Source: Mustelus asterias (Eukaryota). From it: a stretch of DNA of 64,000 bases. Below are positions 61,105 through 64,000 of this stretch, piece by piece. Numbering within the stretch: the first letter of the stretch is position 1; each line of letters starts with the position of its first letter. Below the pieces are notes generated by a model that did no database searches, was not told where the DNA came from, and saw nothing but the letters and a program-made list of their open reading frames with translations. Both the position numbers and the translations under genes were made by a program. Where the stretch lies: positions 67,952,001 through 68,016,000 of the forward strand of contig NC_135810.1 in assembly GCF_964213995.1 (NCBI RefSeq). Direction: 5' to 3'.

Positions 61105-61899
61105 ATAGTGAGAACTTACTGTAAATATAGTGGTTTTAAAAGGGTGAAATTCTTTGACGCATCCACTATATAGTCAATAGTATTGCTGGCTAAAGGAATG
61201 CACCGAAAATACCTCAGATGCAATGATGGAATGTCCATCAAAAAAAGCCCTATAATCCCATACTGCCAGTCACAGGCAAGCTGTCACTCGGTAATTACAT
61301 TTCATTGATTCCAATAACTTTCTGGATTTCCTGTGATCTACCTAACTTCACTTGAAATCCAAAGCACATCAATTAAATGTGTTTTTTTTATTGGCAGTTT
61401 AAAAGCACTTTGTTGTTGTGAATCAATCTTTGGCCTCTTATCATGTTTAAAAACTCACTGTAGCCTTGAGTAATTTTTTGAGAATTTGCTGCATAAATAG
61501 ATGGGTTAAATGTTAAAGATGAAATTGTCTTGATTGCCTATTCATTGCCTTGTTTTATTTATTCTGGATGCATAAATTTGCAAAGATTAATCGACTGTAT
61601 CCCTGTCTTTCTTTTCTCTTTCTAAATGGGTTTAAATCCAAACTTCCATTCTCCTTATTCTCCCACTTGTGAAAGCAATCCAAGTAGGATGTGGCAGAAT
61701 TTATAAAATAATGCATGAAAAAGTGGACTTTTCAGGTTTTAGGTGGAGTAGTATAGCTTTGATCAGAAGTAAATGCTCTTATTGGCACCACAGTTTACAA
61801 AATGAAGATGGACTTTTGTTTAAATTTCACTCTGGCAATGAACAAGCTATTCCAATTTCAATAACTCATGGGTGAAATGCAGAATTGAAAGGAATACGT

Positions 61900-63050
61900 T
61901 GGGTGCACTTTTCCCAAATTTACAATGTTGGATCAGATGAGAGAAACTGTGTCACCGGCTTCACAGAAGCCTTTTCTAACCTGATTTAATAGCACTCTGT
62001 GCAATTTCAAAGTGCGGGTGGGAATCACACAGTAGGGTGGGACCTAAACAAGCCACAACACCGGGATTCTGAGATCAGGCCAACATTTAAAAATGGCACA
62101 CCAAACTCCAAGTTAAATTAATCCCCACCCCCATGGAAATCAGTTGGGACACCCTGCCACAATCAGACTCCCTCCCTCCACCCCGTAGCAATGCAAAGAT
62201 TGGTCACTCCCCCACCCTTCACTGTCCAAAATGCAAAGATCAAGACATTTCCCCCCCCACCACACATGCAACGGGGTTACCCAAGCCACTCCCCAACTCC
62301 AGCATCGGGGCACTGCATCCCCCACAGGCATCAGGATGGTCCTCTCTTCATCACAGGCTCTGGTCCTACCTCCCCATCATTAGCACAATCCCCACCCCCC
62401 TTCACAGGCTGCAGCCCAACCCACCCACCACAAACATCAAGGTTAACCCCCCTCCCCGAACTCCCTCAGGTTCAGGGCAACCTCCCCCCCACCCCCCCCC
62501 CTTCACAGGCAACCCACACTAATGCAAGCACCACCTCCACTCCAATGCAGGCACCACACAACCATCACTCCCCCTCTCCCCCAAACATAAGAGAACCCCC
62601 TTTCCCAATTGGGCTTCCAAGAGTTCTAGCCTTGGAACAGCCATCCTGGCAACGCCACACTGCAGTGCCACGCTAGCACTGCCAGGTTGACATTGGGCAC
62701 TGCACAATCATGTCTCGCACCACCCGGGGACTATATCTCACTGTGCTCCTCCAGTGTCATCACAACTGATTGTCATTTTTGAAAACCAGTTGTGATTCGT
62801 GCTGGCGTGACTTCATGCTGGGTGGGGGGAGCATATGGTGATGGTGGAAGTAGTGGCATTAAGCCCTCTAATTATATTTAAATATATCATAAAATATGTT
62901 AATCAGATCCGTGCCCTTCATGGGTGTGAATCTGATCATGTCATTAGCGAGGAGTGGGGGAGATTACACTCAGGATTCTTGCTGGTGCAAATCCTATTTT
63001 TTTGGCCTCTCATAAAATTTAGCGGCCATTACGGATTGTGCCATGGCTAG
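61900..63050. mobile_element. Harbinger non-autonomous element, older
   Basis: gggtgcacttttccc start, C-rich interior and tcattagc/taaaatttagcgg end motifs as in the other copies. Confidence 0.5.
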
Positions 63051-63118
63051 CACTGCCACTGACTTTGATTAACACTTGTATATTTCTTTACGTCTGTTGT
63101 TACTCAATTAGATACTTT

Positions 63119-63853
63119 GGGGGCGATTCTCCCAGCCCACTGTGCTGCTCTAGCAGTGCAACAGTGGGAGACATCAGCGGAGGCCATTTAGTGGGCTCCC
63201 GCTAGGCACCAAATCCACCGCCTGTCTCCTGGTCCTGGATTTCCGGCGTTGTCAGCTTCACGCCAGAAATTGCCACGGAGCTGATTTAAATATTAAAATT
63301 TAAATTTAAATCCTATTAGGGGGCTCGGGACTAAAGTCTCCAGGCCCACTAGCCTCCCCACCCCCCTGCCAGGAGTGGTCCACTCCAGCGGGGTTTACAT
63401 TAGCTCCCCACTAACGGGGAACTGGTGGCCCAAACCCGCTGAAATGAAGGGAGGCCATGGATGCCCCCCAAGAGGCCGGGGGTAAGGGGGTGGTGCCCCT
63501 TGGCATTGCCAGTGTGACAGTGGCATTCTGGCCCCCTGGCACTGCCCAAGGGGCAAAATGGCACTGCCCAAGGGGCACCTTGGCACTGCCCACCGGACAT
63601 TTGGAGATGTCCGGGACGCCAGCGATTGAGGGTGGGGGGGTTTGGAGGGGCAGCATTGCAAGGCTGGCCAGCGATGGGGCTCTCCAGCGAGAATAGGCCC
63701 CGCCCCCGGATTTTCAAAGTGAATCTCCCTGAGGCACTCTACAGTGCTCAGAGTATGGGAGATTCATTTTGAAAATCCGCTAAAAAACCAACGGGAGTTA
63801 CTCCCTTTTTTTGCGAATTCGGCATTTAACATTTTTTTTGGGAGAATCCTGGC
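63119..63853. mobile_element. Harbinger non-autonomous element
   Basis: TIRs ggggcgattctccc / gggagaatcctggc; homologous to 18990-19853. Confidence 0.8.
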
Positions 63854-64000
63854 TTTATTGCAAATGCTTTGCTGGTATGGGTCAAATAAGATTAGAAAGT
63901 TGAATTTTTATGGTTCAAAGATTGGTGTGGAAGAAATGGGCTTTGACTCATGGAGCACTGGCAGTAATACTGGGGAAATTGGGAGCTGTACTATTGGGAC

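Overview
This is eukaryotic DNA, and the repeat content (HE1/V-type tRNA SINEs with CR1 tails, CR1 LINEs, Penelope elements, PIF/Harbinger derivatives) points to a shark or other elasmobranch; that is an inference and the species cannot be named. The window is intergenic or intronic and dominated by nested transposable elements: many CR1 fragments (one with an open endonuclease frame running off the left edge), about 10 HE1-like SINEs, a Neptune-type Penelope with inverted pLTRs and a minimal hammerhead ribozyme inserted in a Vingi/Ingi-like LINE, Rex/Babar and L2 fragments, a decayed Gypsy pol, several solo LTRs, a pogo (POGK/Passer-like) transposon and many Harbinger non-autonomous elements, two with Myb/SANT remnants. 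I found no confident host protein-coding gene, rRNA, true tRNA or CRISPR array, and most ORFs in the track are spurious. Two host mRNA-derived fragments are present: a cytoplasmic (gamma-type) actin processed-pseudogene piece and a 25-codon RPL39 fragment. The RPL39 piece is the most unusual item, because it lies inside a Harbinger-type element enclosed by nested inverted repeats. All family names come from my recognition of motifs, not from database searches.
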